Origin: Candidatus Calditenuaceae archaeon HR02
Lineage (GTDB): Archaea > Thermoproteota > Nitrososphaeria_A > Caldarchaeales > Calditenuaceae
Direction: 5' to 3'
Length of the DNA: 26,803 nucleotides
Assembly (NCBI GenBank): GCA_002898395.1
Contig: BEHE01000019.1
Coordinates: forward strand, 1-26,803
Made by a program: the position numbers and the translations under genes. Each line of letters begins with the position of its first letter. Position 1 is the stretch's first letter. The notes below the pieces were generated by a model. It was given only the letters and a program-made list of their open reading frames with translations, did not search any database and had not been told where the DNA came from. Below, piece after piece: positions 6,233 through 15,804 of the stretch.

Positions 6233-7194
6233 TTGAGGGTCTTGATGGTTGACCATCAATAGCACTAAACGAGCTTAGGAGGTATTGGGGCTCGGTAGAA
6301 GTCTCTACGGGCCGAATAATCCCTAAAAGGGGGCGCTACGACCTCGTGATAGCCCAGGAGCCAACGCTTAGGGTTGGAGTCCCAGCCCTCCTACAGTCTA
6401 AGGTCTCGACGGCTACCTTCGCCTGCGAGGTACACAGCGACTATCTTAGACCCGCTTATCTCCCATGGAAGGATCTGGCTGCAGCTGTGATGGTTCTTAG
6501 GTCAGCCAATATCGTCAGGGCGGTGAACAAGAGGATAGCCGAGAGTGTTAAGAGTTACGGCGTCGAAAACGTGTATGTCATCCCGTCTGTTTATGTTAAG
6601 ATGGATGTCTTCAAGTCCACTAAACCGCCCAAGGAGAGGGGGCCAGTCATCCTCTCGGCTTCCCGTCTAGTCCCGCAGAAGGGTCTCGAGCTACTGCTTA
6701 ATGCCGTGCGCCTTCTACTGAGGGATTTTCCCAAGCTAGATGTGAGGGTTGTTGGTGAGGGACCGGAAAAAGCGCGGCTTATGGGCTTGGCGAAGACGCT
6801 GGGAGTTGATAGTGCGGTTAGGTTTTACGGATGGGTTGACCAGGATGAGCTTGTCAGGCATTATAACGATGCGGCAGTCTTTGTCTGTACATCGTATCAT
6901 GAAGGGGGTCCCCGCACCGTCTTTGAGGCTGCCGCATGTCTGACCCCAACGGTCTCAACGCCTGTAGGCATGGTGGTCGAGGCGTTGAAGGATGGTGAGA
7001 GCGTACTAATTGTCAAGGAGAGGTCCCCTGAACTGCTTGCAGAGAAGATAGCCGACCTGCTCTCAAACCCTGTCAGGCGTGCTGAAATTGCTGAGAGGGC
7101 TCGAGAAGTTGTCGTAAAAGAGTTTGAGTGGGAGAAGTCCGTCCAGCGATATGCAGAGCAGATCCGCAAGTTAGTTACTATGACCCGGCATTAA
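6233..7194 (+). pseudogene. GT4-like glycosyltransferase, 5' end disrupted by a frameshift (paralog of 17988-18953)
   Basis: The TTG at 6233 opens 'MRVLMVDHQ*' (stop 6260-6262). A second frame is open from 6253 and reads 'PSIALNELRRYWGSVEVSTGRIIPKRGRYDLVIAQEP...'. The intact paralog begins 'MRVLMVGRRPSVALDDLRRYWGEVELSNGLHLPRPRRYDLVIAQEP'. The first usable start in the long frame is the GTG at 6346. Confidence 0.65.
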
Positions 7195-7229
7195 GCTAGC
7201 GTGGGTCTTATGAAGTGCAGGAAACCGGC

Positions 7230-8393
7230 CTACAGAGCTACATGCTCTTTTAGCAGTCTTGCTATTTTTGGTATGACCACTTCATGGCTGAATTCTTCGA
7301 TTATTTTCTTTCTTGCCTGCCGTCCTAGGCGGCGAGCTAGCTGCTTATCCTGGAGGAGTGTTTCTATCGCGGCCGCGAGGCCATTGATGTCTTGTCTGTT
7401 AACTAGTAGTCCTGTTTCTCCGTCTATTACTGCTTCTGGGATGCCGGAGACCCTCGTTGCAACCACTGGGGCTTCGCATGCCATGGCTTCGAGAGGGGCG
7501 CGGAGGATTCCTTCTCCTCCCCTTGACGGATAGGGTAATACTGCTGTGTTTGCCAAGTAGTGGGGGATTTGCTCGTTAGGTATTGGACCGGGGAAGACCA
7601 CCTTGTCTTTTACTCCCAGTGTTTCGCAGCGTTTCTTTAGGTGGTTAATATATTTAGGTTCTCCGGTTCCTCCTATCCATAGCTCTACATCTCTTACAAT
7701 TTTGACCACTTGAGCGAAGGCTTTTATCAAATCTTCAATGCCTTTCCCCTCATTAATTCTGCCCACCCAGAAGATTTTTCGGTTCTGGTTGTTCGACCAC
7801 TCTTGAGGTGGTGTTAGTCCGGGTCTGAATCTGTCGGTTCTCACCGAGTTGTGTATTATCTGTATTTTGTCTTCTTTGAGGCTGGGTAGGAAGTATTTGA
7901 CTTCAGGTAGCATGAGGTGGGAGTATAGTATTATCTTTGTTGCTGTGTCTGCTGCTTTTCTGAGTATCCAGCGAAATACTGATTTTTTCCAGCCTGGCCT
8001 CTCGTATGGTTTCCCGAAGAGCCATGTTCCACCCAGTGTTAGGACTGTAGGTAGTTTGGCTATTCTTCCTGATAGCCATAGGGCGGTCAGTTCGGGCGGA
8101 CTGAATGTTCTCACGTATACTATATCGATATTGTTGGTTTTTAGGAGTGGCGGCAGGGTATAGGCTATGATTTTTGTTGCGCCGTAGATTTTGGGTATTT
8201 TTATCTTAGGTGTTTCGAGTATTGTGAGATTGGGAGGCAGGTCGGATGGCAGGTATTCCACCGTGTCGGTTACTACTATTATCTGGTCCATGTGTCTGGC
8301 TAGCGCGATGTATTCCTCAAGGTATTGGGCGTGTAGTGAGGCAGCCTTTAGGCCTGCAACTTTACCGATAAAAGTCATAACGGAGACCAACAC
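7230..8393 (-). CDS. GT4-like glycosyltransferase (low-GC paralog of 16847-18013)
   Basis: 387 aa. Carries 'IFWVGRINEGKGIEDLIKAF' and 'PSRGGEGILRAPLEAMACEAPVVATRVSGIPEAVIDGETGLLV', the GT-B C-terminal sugar-donor domain pattern. Confidence 0.85.
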   Translation of the reverse strand: MLVSVMTFIGKVAGLKAASLHAQYLEEYIALARHMDQIIVVTDTVEYLPSDLPPNLTILETPKIKIPKIYGATKIIAYTLPPLLKTNNIDIVYVRTFSPPELTALWLSGRIAKLPTVLTLGGTWLFGKPYERPGWKKSVFRWILRKAADTATKIILYSHLMLPEVKYFLPSLKEDKIQIIHNSVRTDRFRPGLTPPQEWSNNQNRKIFWVGRINEGKGIEDLIKAFAQVVKIVRDVELWIGGTGEPKYINHLKKRCETLGVKDKVVFPGPIPNEQIPHYLANTAVLPYPSRGGEGILRAPLEAMACEAPVVATRVSGIPEAVIDGETGLLVNRQDINGLAAAIETLLQDKQLARRLGRQARKKIIEEFSHEVVIPKIARLLKEHVAL

Positions 8394-9495
8394 CCATCTC
8401 CTTTTGATTGCTTCGCACGGGTGCTTATTTGGTTTGAGACATAGTAGTCTGACCTCCTAATGCTAATATTTCTGCCTGTTTCCTGGCTTATGTAGAGAGG
8501 AGCAAGCCAACACAGCCTCATTGCAGAAATGCTAGCTACTAACAGAATGTAGAGCAGGGCATTGCAAAACTACATGAAGAGGCCAGGAAAGGCCTGGACT
8601 TTTTATTGTATCTTCTAATCGAAAAAGGCATAGATATGGACTCTAATATAGGGGACATACCTAGTTCATGATTTCATAAGGCCTATAGTATAAATTATTG
8701 AAGATATGACATGTGTGATAGGCATCGATGTTCAGATTGGGTGTTGTTGTGCATGATAGACAGCTATCAAAAGGGGCATACATTTTATGGTCTTTGGCGG
8801 AGGCAATAAAGGAAATAGATCCATCATTCTCACCACAACTAATCGACTACCATGAAATGGTTTTCCATTTCCAACGTTCTTGGCCAATTTATCACATGGT
8901 GTATATCTTCTTCTTTGGAGGAAAAGGACGCCGCTTAATGTGTTTATACTAACCAATTAGAGTAACAAAAATACATAGTAAGGAATTTTGATGAGATATT
9001 AGCAAGGGCAACGGCATTACAGTGGCTAGGCATTGCTACACTTGTAAAGAGAGGATATCCAGCTATCTTCTGGGATAAGCACTTTCTTCACACTGCTAAT
9101 CCTATAACTCTATTTCAGGTTCCGAGATTAAAACCGCTATCTTTTACATTGGATACACCACTCGGTGGCATTGGAGTCTTATCAAAAGAGTCAACGATAC
9201 CGGCAAGGTATGTGAGTTCGTTCCACACAGATTTAGAAGATGTTGTCAAAGCAGTTGCCCCAGGCTGCATCTCTCTAGCGGCAGTCGCATTCGCAGTGAT
9301 AACTGCTTCCTCGCTATTCTCACCGTTAGCTCAGAATTATTTTTAAGTTATCTTATCATTTCGACCAGCTCTATGGGTGCTAACTTGCAAAATACAAGAA
9401 ATCTCTCTTTCCGCTACTTTTCAATATGTGGCTACTTTAGGCTCACTATGAGCCATTACGGGCGCAAAGATAATAATAGTCTGCTCCAATTAATT

Positions 9496-9502
9496 GAGGT
9501 GG
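9496..9502 (+). promoter_or_regulatory. Shine-Dalgarno-like GAGGTGG 6 nt upstream of ATG 9509
   Basis: Complementary to the conserved pyrimidine-rich 3' end of 16S rRNA. Supports 9509 as the start. Confidence 0.35.
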
Positions 9503-9508
9503 TAACAC

Positions 9509-10624
9509 ATGAGTATGAGAAGAGCCGTTCAAATAACTTTAGGTCTAGGAAGGACCGTTGGTGGAGGGGAATATACAGCCTTAGTCTGCGCTCAAGTCCT
9601 AAAAGAAACTGGGTATATTTTAGCGCTTATAACTAAGCGCCTCTTTAATCCTGATATCTACTACAAATCATTTGGGGTTAAGGCACCGTTTGACGAAATA
9701 GCCATCTTCAAATACCCAAAATTGCCTAAAATTGCAAAGCTTTATCATTACCTTTTTTATCCTCTCGCCACTCCCAACATAAAAGCGAAACTATATTTCA
9801 ACACCTCTGCAGACTCGCACCCATTTGTATTCCCTTTATATGCACTCACAAATCAAGTCCCGATTGTCTATTATGTAACTGCCGTACCTCTAACGCCACC
9901 GTGGTATATTAAGGACCATCAAGAGTCTAATAACAGCCATTATACCTTCCTTTTCAGATTTTTAGCAAAAAACTATTGGAAAAAATTGAACACATTATTT
10001 CTTGCGTGCTCAAAATATGTAGCCAACATTGTTGAGGACGCAACTGGAATTAAACCATATATACTCTACACACCAGTCGATATAAGGAACTATTTGTGGA
10101 AGAAGGAGAAGAAGGATGACTATGCAGTTGTCATGGGTAGATTAGTACCCTCAAAAAAGTATGAAGATGCAATACTGGCGTGTAAGGAAGCAGGTAAAAG
10201 ACTCATTATGTTGCTTGCCACGCAAGACCAGGATTATCACAAAAAAATAATGGAATTAATAAGAAAATTAAATATGGGAGAACATGTAAAAATCCTGCTA
10301 AACCAGCCTATAGATGTTAGAGCAGAAATTTTAAAAAGGGCAAAAATATTCATCCAATGTAGAACAGAGGCTGGTGCTAAGGCAGTCCGCGAAGCAATGG
10401 CAGCAGGATGTATACCTATCGTGCCTAGAGAAGGGGGTCAGAGTGAGTATGTTCCTCAAGAATACACCTACACGAGTTTTGGTGAATTGGTAGAAAAAAT
10501 AATGTTTGCAGATAAGGCTAGCGTACATGAAAGAGAATATATGGTTGAGCAGGCTAAACAGTATGACACAGAGGTCTTCAAGAGAAGATTGAAAGATTAC
10601 TTGATATCAAATGGATTAGCTTGA
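9509..10624 (+). CDS. glycosyltransferase (GT-B fold, GT4-like, divergent)
   Basis: 371 aa. Carries 'VVMGRLVPSKKYEDAI' and 'RTEAGAKAVREAMAAGCIPIVPREGGQSEYV'. Very AT-rich. Confidence 0.7.
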   Translation: MSMRRAVQITLGLGRTVGGGEYTALVCAQVLKETGYILALITKRLFNPDIYYKSFGVKAPFDEIAIFKYPKLPKIAKLYHYLFYPLATPNIKAKLYFNTSADSHPFVFPLYALTNQVPIVYYVTAVPLTPPWYIKDHQESNNSHYTFLFRFLAKNYWKKLNTLFLACSKYVANIVEDATGIKPYILYTPVDIRNYLWKKEKKDDYAVVMGRLVPSKKYEDAILACKEAGKRLIMLLATQDQDYHKKIMELIRKLNMGEHVKILLNQPIDVRAEILKRAKIFIQCRTEAGAKAVREAMAAGCIPIVPREGGQSEYVPQEYTYTSFGELVEKIMFADKASVHEREYMVEQAKQYDTEVFKRRLKDYLISNGLA

Positions 10625-10670
10625 ACAATTTAAATAGTTTACACACTAGGACGTTTACTGATTAAGTGAA

Positions 10671-11852
10671 TTACACCCTACAAACCTTGTCGTAGATCTT
10701 TAGTATCTTGGGAGCAACGACTTCATAGGAAAAATTATTCAACACGTGACGTCTACAATTATTACTCAGCTTCCACCATAATCTTTCGTCTAACAACACT
10801 TTAATTATTGCTTCTTTTAAAGCAAATCTATCACCTGGTTCAACCAATATTCCACAGTCTTCTTTTACAATTTCAGGGATGGCCCCAGTTCTTGTCGACA
10901 CCACTGGAACACCACATGACATGGCTTCGAGGTTTACCATCCCGAACGACTCGTAGTAAGTTGGGTTGCATACTAATCTGGCCTCCTTATATATTGTAGG
11001 TAGAAATGCTCTATCTACCATGCCCAGATGGCGAACGTAGCGACGTAAATCTGGCCTCTTTTTTAAAATATTATCGAACAAGTGGCTCCGTAAAGGACCA
11101 TCTCCACAAATAGTGACCTCCAGATCAGGGACCTCTTTAACTAATTCAGGCAATATATCACACAAGAGATGAAATCCCTTATGCCGATCAAGTCTTCCCA
11201 CAAACAAAACCCTATTATTTTTTGGTTCAGACTCGGCAGGTTTAAATTTGTCAGTGTTAACAGGTGGATAGATAACCGTCACCTTATCTTTATTGCAACC
11301 ATTCATGATAAGCCACTTCATCATATCATTATGATGGGCTATAAAATAATCTACCCTCGATAAAAAGAACTCATCAGATAGAATATATTTATTCAATCTA
11401 TACTCAAGTCTTGCGAGAATTCCATCTATTATGCCTAACTTTTTCGACTCTACCTTTTCCAGATTCGTGCCTAGTATATTTTTATCGATGCCGTGTATCT
11501 TTTTATAAAATTTATATGGTAGGAATCCAGATACGATGTATGATATATCCAAAAAAGTAGACAATGTCAACAGATTTTTTGTGTATTGAAATTGGTGAAT
11601 TATATGGATCGGTTTCGAAAATATTACTTTTGTTAAGGTGTAAAGATTAAAAGGAAGAGAATATTTTCGTTCGTACCATCTAAACCTATGCATTTTTACC
11701 CTTGGTGCATCTAGCTGAAATATCCGTCCACGCTGATAATAAACCTCGATGTCAATAAATCTACTTAATGCTTGTGCAAACTCGTAGGTAATTATTCCCT
11801 CCCCAATAGGATCCACATCTGTGAATGCCCAATGCACATATGCTACCCTCAT
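10671..11852 (-). CDS. GT4-like glycosyltransferase
   Basis: The ORF is open to 11888, but 'MRVAYVHWAF' at 11852 is the typical GT4 N-terminus and forms an ATGA overlap with the upstream gene's stop. Carries 'VLFVGRLDRHKGFHLL' and 'YYESFGMVNLEAMSCGVPVVSTRTGAIPEIV'. Confidence 0.8.
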   Translation of the reverse strand: MRVAYVHWAFTDVDPIGEGIITYEFAQALSRFIDIEVYYQRGRIFQLDAPRVKMHRFRWYERKYSLPFNLYTLTKVIFSKPIHIIHQFQYTKNLLTLSTFLDISYIVSGFLPYKFYKKIHGIDKNILGTNLEKVESKKLGIIDGILARLEYRLNKYILSDEFFLSRVDYFIAHHNDMMKWLIMNGCNKDKVTVIYPPVNTDKFKPAESEPKNNRVLFVGRLDRHKGFHLLCDILPELVKEVPDLEVTICGDGPLRSHLFDNILKKRPDLRRYVRHLGMVDRAFLPTIYKEARLVCNPTYYESFGMVNLEAMSCGVPVVSTRTGAIPEIVKEDCGILVEPGDRFALKEAIIKVLLDERLWWKLSNNCRRHVLNNFSYEVVAPKILKIYDKVCRV

Positions 11853-12987
11853 CCATTCTCTCCTCCACTCTGCAACATTTCTCGCCATGACCTTATCAAA
11901 TTATCAACTGCATTGTTCCACCTGTATTGAATAGCCACTTCCCTTCCCCCCCTTCCTAGCTTCTCTGATAGTCGTCTATCCAATAATAGGGTTAGGATTG
12001 CCTTTGCTGTGGATTCGTGGTCGTTTTCAGGTACAATTAAACCATTCTTCATATGTTTAACAACATCCGCAACGCCACCATGCCTACTTGCTACAACGGG
12101 CTTTCCAGCAGCCCCAGCCTCCAAATATACAAGACCAAACCCTTCGACGTCTTGCCCGAATCGTTTAGGTGTCATAACGAAAACATCGCATAGATGGTAA
12201 TATTTTGCCAGTTCTTCGTCTGACACTTGTCCAATGAAAAAGACATCTCTTAGAGCTAGTTCATTCGCAAGTTTTTTATAAGGTGATGGGTCACCTCCAC
12301 CTACAATCAAATATTTTGCATCATATATCGCCTGTTTGACGTATTTAAAAGCCTTCAACGAAACATCTATCCCCTTCCGCTCTTTTAATTTTGCTACCGT
12401 TAATATTATATTCCCGTGTCCCCATTTACATTCTAAGTCGGAAATATCTCGCTGTTTTGCGAAAAACTCGTAATCAACGCCATCAAGAGGTAATATATGA
12501 AACTTAGATAAGCCCGTAATTCGCTCAAGCATGTTCTTTGTAAAGCTCGATATACAAAAAATTGCTCTTGCGATTTTATAACTCCAAACTAAGGATTGTC
12601 TTGTCTTCATATTAAAGAGTGGCTTTATCGCTGCAGTGCCGTGTGCCCCTACGAAAAGGGGAACGTCAAAAAGTCTGCTACCAAGTCCACCCAGGAATGA
12701 AAGTGGCCAAGAATCATAGGTTTGTATAAGATCGTACTTACCCTGCCTTAAATCATGTAAAAACCGAAGCGTATATTTGACAACCCTAGGATGAAGCGGA
12801 TGAAAAGATAGTGGTGGCAACACATATTTCACTCCAAAGTTAAAACTGCCTCCCATCCTAGTAGAATTCACAGGAACGAATAATGTTGTCTCCACTTTTT
12901 CAGCTATCAATGGTGTCATTTTTTCTACAACACGTGACCAACCTCCACGCCGACCCCAGACTGGAGCCAACAAGGCTACTCTCAATT
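11849..12987 (-). CDS. GT4-like glycosyltransferase
   Basis: The ORF is open to 13108. The likely start is the TTG at 12987, giving 'MRVALLAPVWGRRGG'. Carries 'ILTVAKLKERKGIDV' and 'DVEGFGLVYLEAGAAGKPVVASRHGGVADVV'. Confidence 0.75.
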
Positions 12988-13045
12988 CCTTTATTGCCAA
13001 GAACACATCAAGATAATAAATGTCCCTTTTTAATGTCCTCTTGAA

Positions 13046-14548
13046 GTGAGTAGGGTCAGGCTTAGGCTTGCGGGTGGTATCTCCTTTGCCTCCCAGCTGA
13101 TCGGCCATCTATTTGGTATTCTTTTCGCAGGCCTTGTTAGCCGAAGACTGACTGAGCGCGAGTTCGGTGCCTGGGCATATATTGGGACCATCCTCGGATA
13201 TCCCGTCGCGCTCACAGACCTCTTCTCCACTTGGGTCTACAGGGACGCTGCGTATGGAAGGCGCATATTAGGCCACGTTCTCCTCCTCAATACGCCCATA
13301 CTCTTAGCAGCGTCGCTTATCTACTATGCGGCCAGTGGTCCGGCATCCTCTCTGGCTGGGATTGAACGGGATATTTTTCTGCTCGGCCTAGCAGTCCTCC
13401 CGCCTTTGTATTTAGCCACGGCGGTTACAGACATGGCTAAAGGATACATTCCCCAGCATGTAGGTCTAGCCTCCATCCTCTTCGAGACAGCGAAGCTCGC
13501 ACTCGGAATTATGCTCGTCGCGCATCTTCGACTCGAATTAGCTGGGGTCTTTACGGCGCTGGCCCTCGCGTACACTCTCCAGCTCGGGTTCCTGCTCTTC
13601 TCCGTCAAGCCCCTATACTCCAGCCAGATAGACTCCGCAACGATCAAGAGATGGCTACGCGGCTCAGTCATCAAACTCATAACGGTGGTGTCCGGATACC
13701 TATCACAGCTGGACATCATCTTGTTGACCGCGATAACCGCTGAGACGCTGGCTACTGGGTATTGGCAAGCCGCACTGCTAGTCGCATTGATGGTTAAATC
13801 GACCGGGAGCCTGACGAGCGGACTCACCCAGAGACTACTCTCAGGGGGAGGGCGGCGCGACCTCGAGAAATCATTCAACTTCACAATGACCCTTGCAGCG
13901 CCTGCAACGCTCGGGGCAATAATTCTTGCTGGAGACATATTACACGCCTTCCGTCCAGCCTATTCTGAGGCCTGGCCAGCTGCGACACTACTAGCCTTAA
14001 GCGCCTTCACGGCAACCCTAACAAGCTTCTACTCATCCACCGTATTCGCCTCGGATAGATTCGACCTGAAGGAAGACGTCACAATAGGAGACATGGCCCG
14101 GAGCCGCGTCTCCCTCCTATGGAGAATAGGGCTCTACACCTCCGCGGCCTACGCGGCAACCTCCGCGGCCGCACTCCTCCTCATACGTTCGGTGGGTGGC
14201 GGCGTAATCGAGACCATCACGGCCGTGGCTGTGGTACACCTCGCAGTAAACGTAGCTAGGCTACTAATCCACAGAAGGCTCGCGGCACGGTATTCCCCAT
14301 ACCTCCTTAGCCTTAGCTCAGGTGTGCCCTACCTCTCCGCCGCCACCTCCATGTCTATAGTAGTTTATGCAGCTAGGTCTCTGATAGACCCTAGAGCACC
14401 TACCCTCGCCCAGACAATCCCGCCACTACTGGCTCTGCTGGGCATAGGCGCCGCCTCATACTTCACTATCCTCTGGTTCATGAGTAAACAATTCAGGGAG
14501 CTACTGAGGGATATAGTTACCTTCCTCAAGCAGTACCTAGGAAGATGA
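13046..14548 (+). CDS. Wzx-like oligo/polysaccharide flippase (MOP superfamily membrane protein)
   Basis: 500 aa with many hydrophobic segments. The N-terminal 'ASQLIGHLFGILFAGLVSRRLTEREFGAW' resembles the polysaccharide-biosynthesis-protein N-terminus. GTG start. Confidence 0.65.
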   Translation: MSRVRLRLAGGISFASQLIGHLFGILFAGLVSRRLTEREFGAWAYIGTILGYPVALTDLFSTWVYRDAAYGRRILGHVLLLNTPILLAASLIYYAASGPASSLAGIERDIFLLGLAVLPPLYLATAVTDMAKGYIPQHVGLASILFETAKLALGIMLVAHLRLELAGVFTALALAYTLQLGFLLFSVKPLYSSQIDSATIKRWLRGSVIKLITVVSGYLSQLDIILLTAITAETLATGYWQAALLVALMVKSTGSLTSGLTQRLLSGGGRRDLEKSFNFTMTLAAPATLGAIILAGDILHAFRPAYSEAWPAATLLALSAFTATLTSFYSSTVFASDRFDLKEDVTIGDMARSRVSLLWRIGLYTSAAYAATSAAALLLIRSVGGGVIETITAVAVVHLAVNVARLLIHRRLAARYSPYLLSLSSGVPYLSAATSMSIVVYAARSLIDPRAPTLAQTIPPLLALLGIGAASYFTILWFMSKQFRELLRDIVTFLKQYLGR

Positions 14549-14604
14549 GGTGGAGCAATTGTAGTTGTCTATGTTTTCAATTGTTAAATAAGGGGGTTCT
14601 CAGC

Positions 14605-15804
14605 ATGGTGGTACAGCGTAGAATGGGTGGGCGGAAGCTGCGGATACTCTTCACGTCGAGCGGCTACAGAGTGGGCGGAGCGACAATGGCCATGATGCAC
14701 CTAGCGATGGGCCTGGCCAAGCTGGGCCACGAGCCGCTCATCCTAACCTCTAAGCCTGCCCCAAAATACTCCCTGCTCTTCGATAGATTGAGGAGAGCAA
14801 GTGTCAGGGTGATATCTTCGGGGAGGGATTATCGGTCGATTCTGTACTGGGTCTGGCTATTCTTTAAGACCATCCAGACTGCGAGGGCTTTCGGGGTGGA
14901 TGTGGTTCATTGCCACGGCACGAAGGAGACGGTTGTCGTTGGGGCTGCTGCAAAGCTTGCCCGTAAACCCGTCCTATACACTTTGGAGGGAGACCCGCTA
15001 ATCGAGCTTCAATTCGCGGCAGCCGGGACTATCTCCAGGCTCTTCATGCGCGTTTTGCTTTCCCTTGGCATATGGCTGGCAGACAGGGTTGCGGCTTGTA
15101 GTAACTGGCTAGCGGCGCATTTCAGGGCGCGTTACAGGGTTGACGCTGTGGGTGTCTGGAACCCAATAGATTATGATAGGTTCTCCGTGGTTGAGGGGAG
15201 CGGCTCGGCCTCGCCCGTCGTTTTATTTGTTGGGAGGCTGGAGAGGGTCAAGGGCGTTGAGACACTGTTATATGCGTTGGGGGAGTTGAAGAAAGCGGGG
15301 CGCGGTGATGTGGTTTTATGCCTCGTGGGTGAGGGGGGCCTCCGGGGGCATCTTGAGAGACTCAGCAAGGAGTTGGGGGTTAATGGGAATGTGGTCTTTA
15401 CGGGGCATGTTGACGATGTTGCGCGTTACTTGGAGCGTTCATGGGTCTTTGTTTTGCCGTCCCTCTACGAGCCATTCGGCATGGCAGCTGCTGAGGCGTC
15501 TGCAGCCGGTCGCCCTGTTATCGCATCTAGTGTAGGGGGGCTCAGAGAGGTCGTTAAAGAGGGGGGGACAGGCTATCTCTTCAGGCCCGGAGATTATAGG
15601 GAGCTGTCACGGCTCTTGATGAGGGTGTTGGATGACGCGGAGCTGAGGAGGAGGCTGGGCGAGAGAGGGCGCGAGTACGCGAAAGAATTCTCTAGCAAGA
15701 GGATAGCTGAGAGGTATACCGAGCTCTACCTCAGCATTCTAACCCACGGACAAGGTCAAGGTAGATATAGTGAGCGCCACGACGCTCATTGGCGGCATAC
15801 TTGA
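14605..15804 (+). CDS. GT4-like glycosyltransferase
   Basis: The ORF is open from 14545. The ATG at 14605 is preceded by AGGGGG and gives 'MVVQRRMGGRKLRILFTSSGY'. Carries 'VLFVGRLERVKGVETLL' and 'SLYEPFGMAAAEASAAGRPVIASSVGGLREVV'. Confidence 0.85.
   Translation: MVVQRRMGGRKLRILFTSSGYRVGGATMAMMHLAMGLAKLGHEPLILTSKPAPKYSLLFDRLRRASVRVISSGRDYRSILYWVWLFFKTIQTARAFGVDVVHCHGTKETVVVGAAAKLARKPVLYTLEGDPLIELQFAAAGTISRLFMRVLLSLGIWLADRVAACSNWLAAHFRARYRVDAVGVWNPIDYDRFSVVEGSGSASPVVLFVGRLERVKGVETLLYALGELKKAGRGDVVLCLVGEGGLRGHLERLSKELGVNGNVVFTGHVDDVARYLERSWVFVLPSLYEPFGMAAAEASAAGRPVIASSVGGLREVVKEGGTGYLFRPGDYRELSRLLMRVLDDAELRRRLGERGREYAKEFSSKRIAERYTELYLSILTHGQGQGRYSERHDAHWRHT

Noticed and set aside
8728-8956. Mirror-image 74-aa ORFs on both strands.
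   Set aside because: At most one could be real. Neither has recognisable motifs or translation signals. They are treated as part of the ORF-poor spacer finding.
13324-13938. Long ORFs antisense to well-supported genes. Examples: 13324-13938(-), 20746-21411(+), 19848-20333(-), 17478-17804(+), 18565-18894(-), 7201-7533(+), 835-1131(+), 41-391(+), 23200-23625(+), 22159-22515(+).
   Set aside because: All are nested opposite genes with clear family motifs. They are rich in Ser/Arg/Pro/Thr and low in complexity, as expected for shadow ORFs in GC-rich coding DNA.
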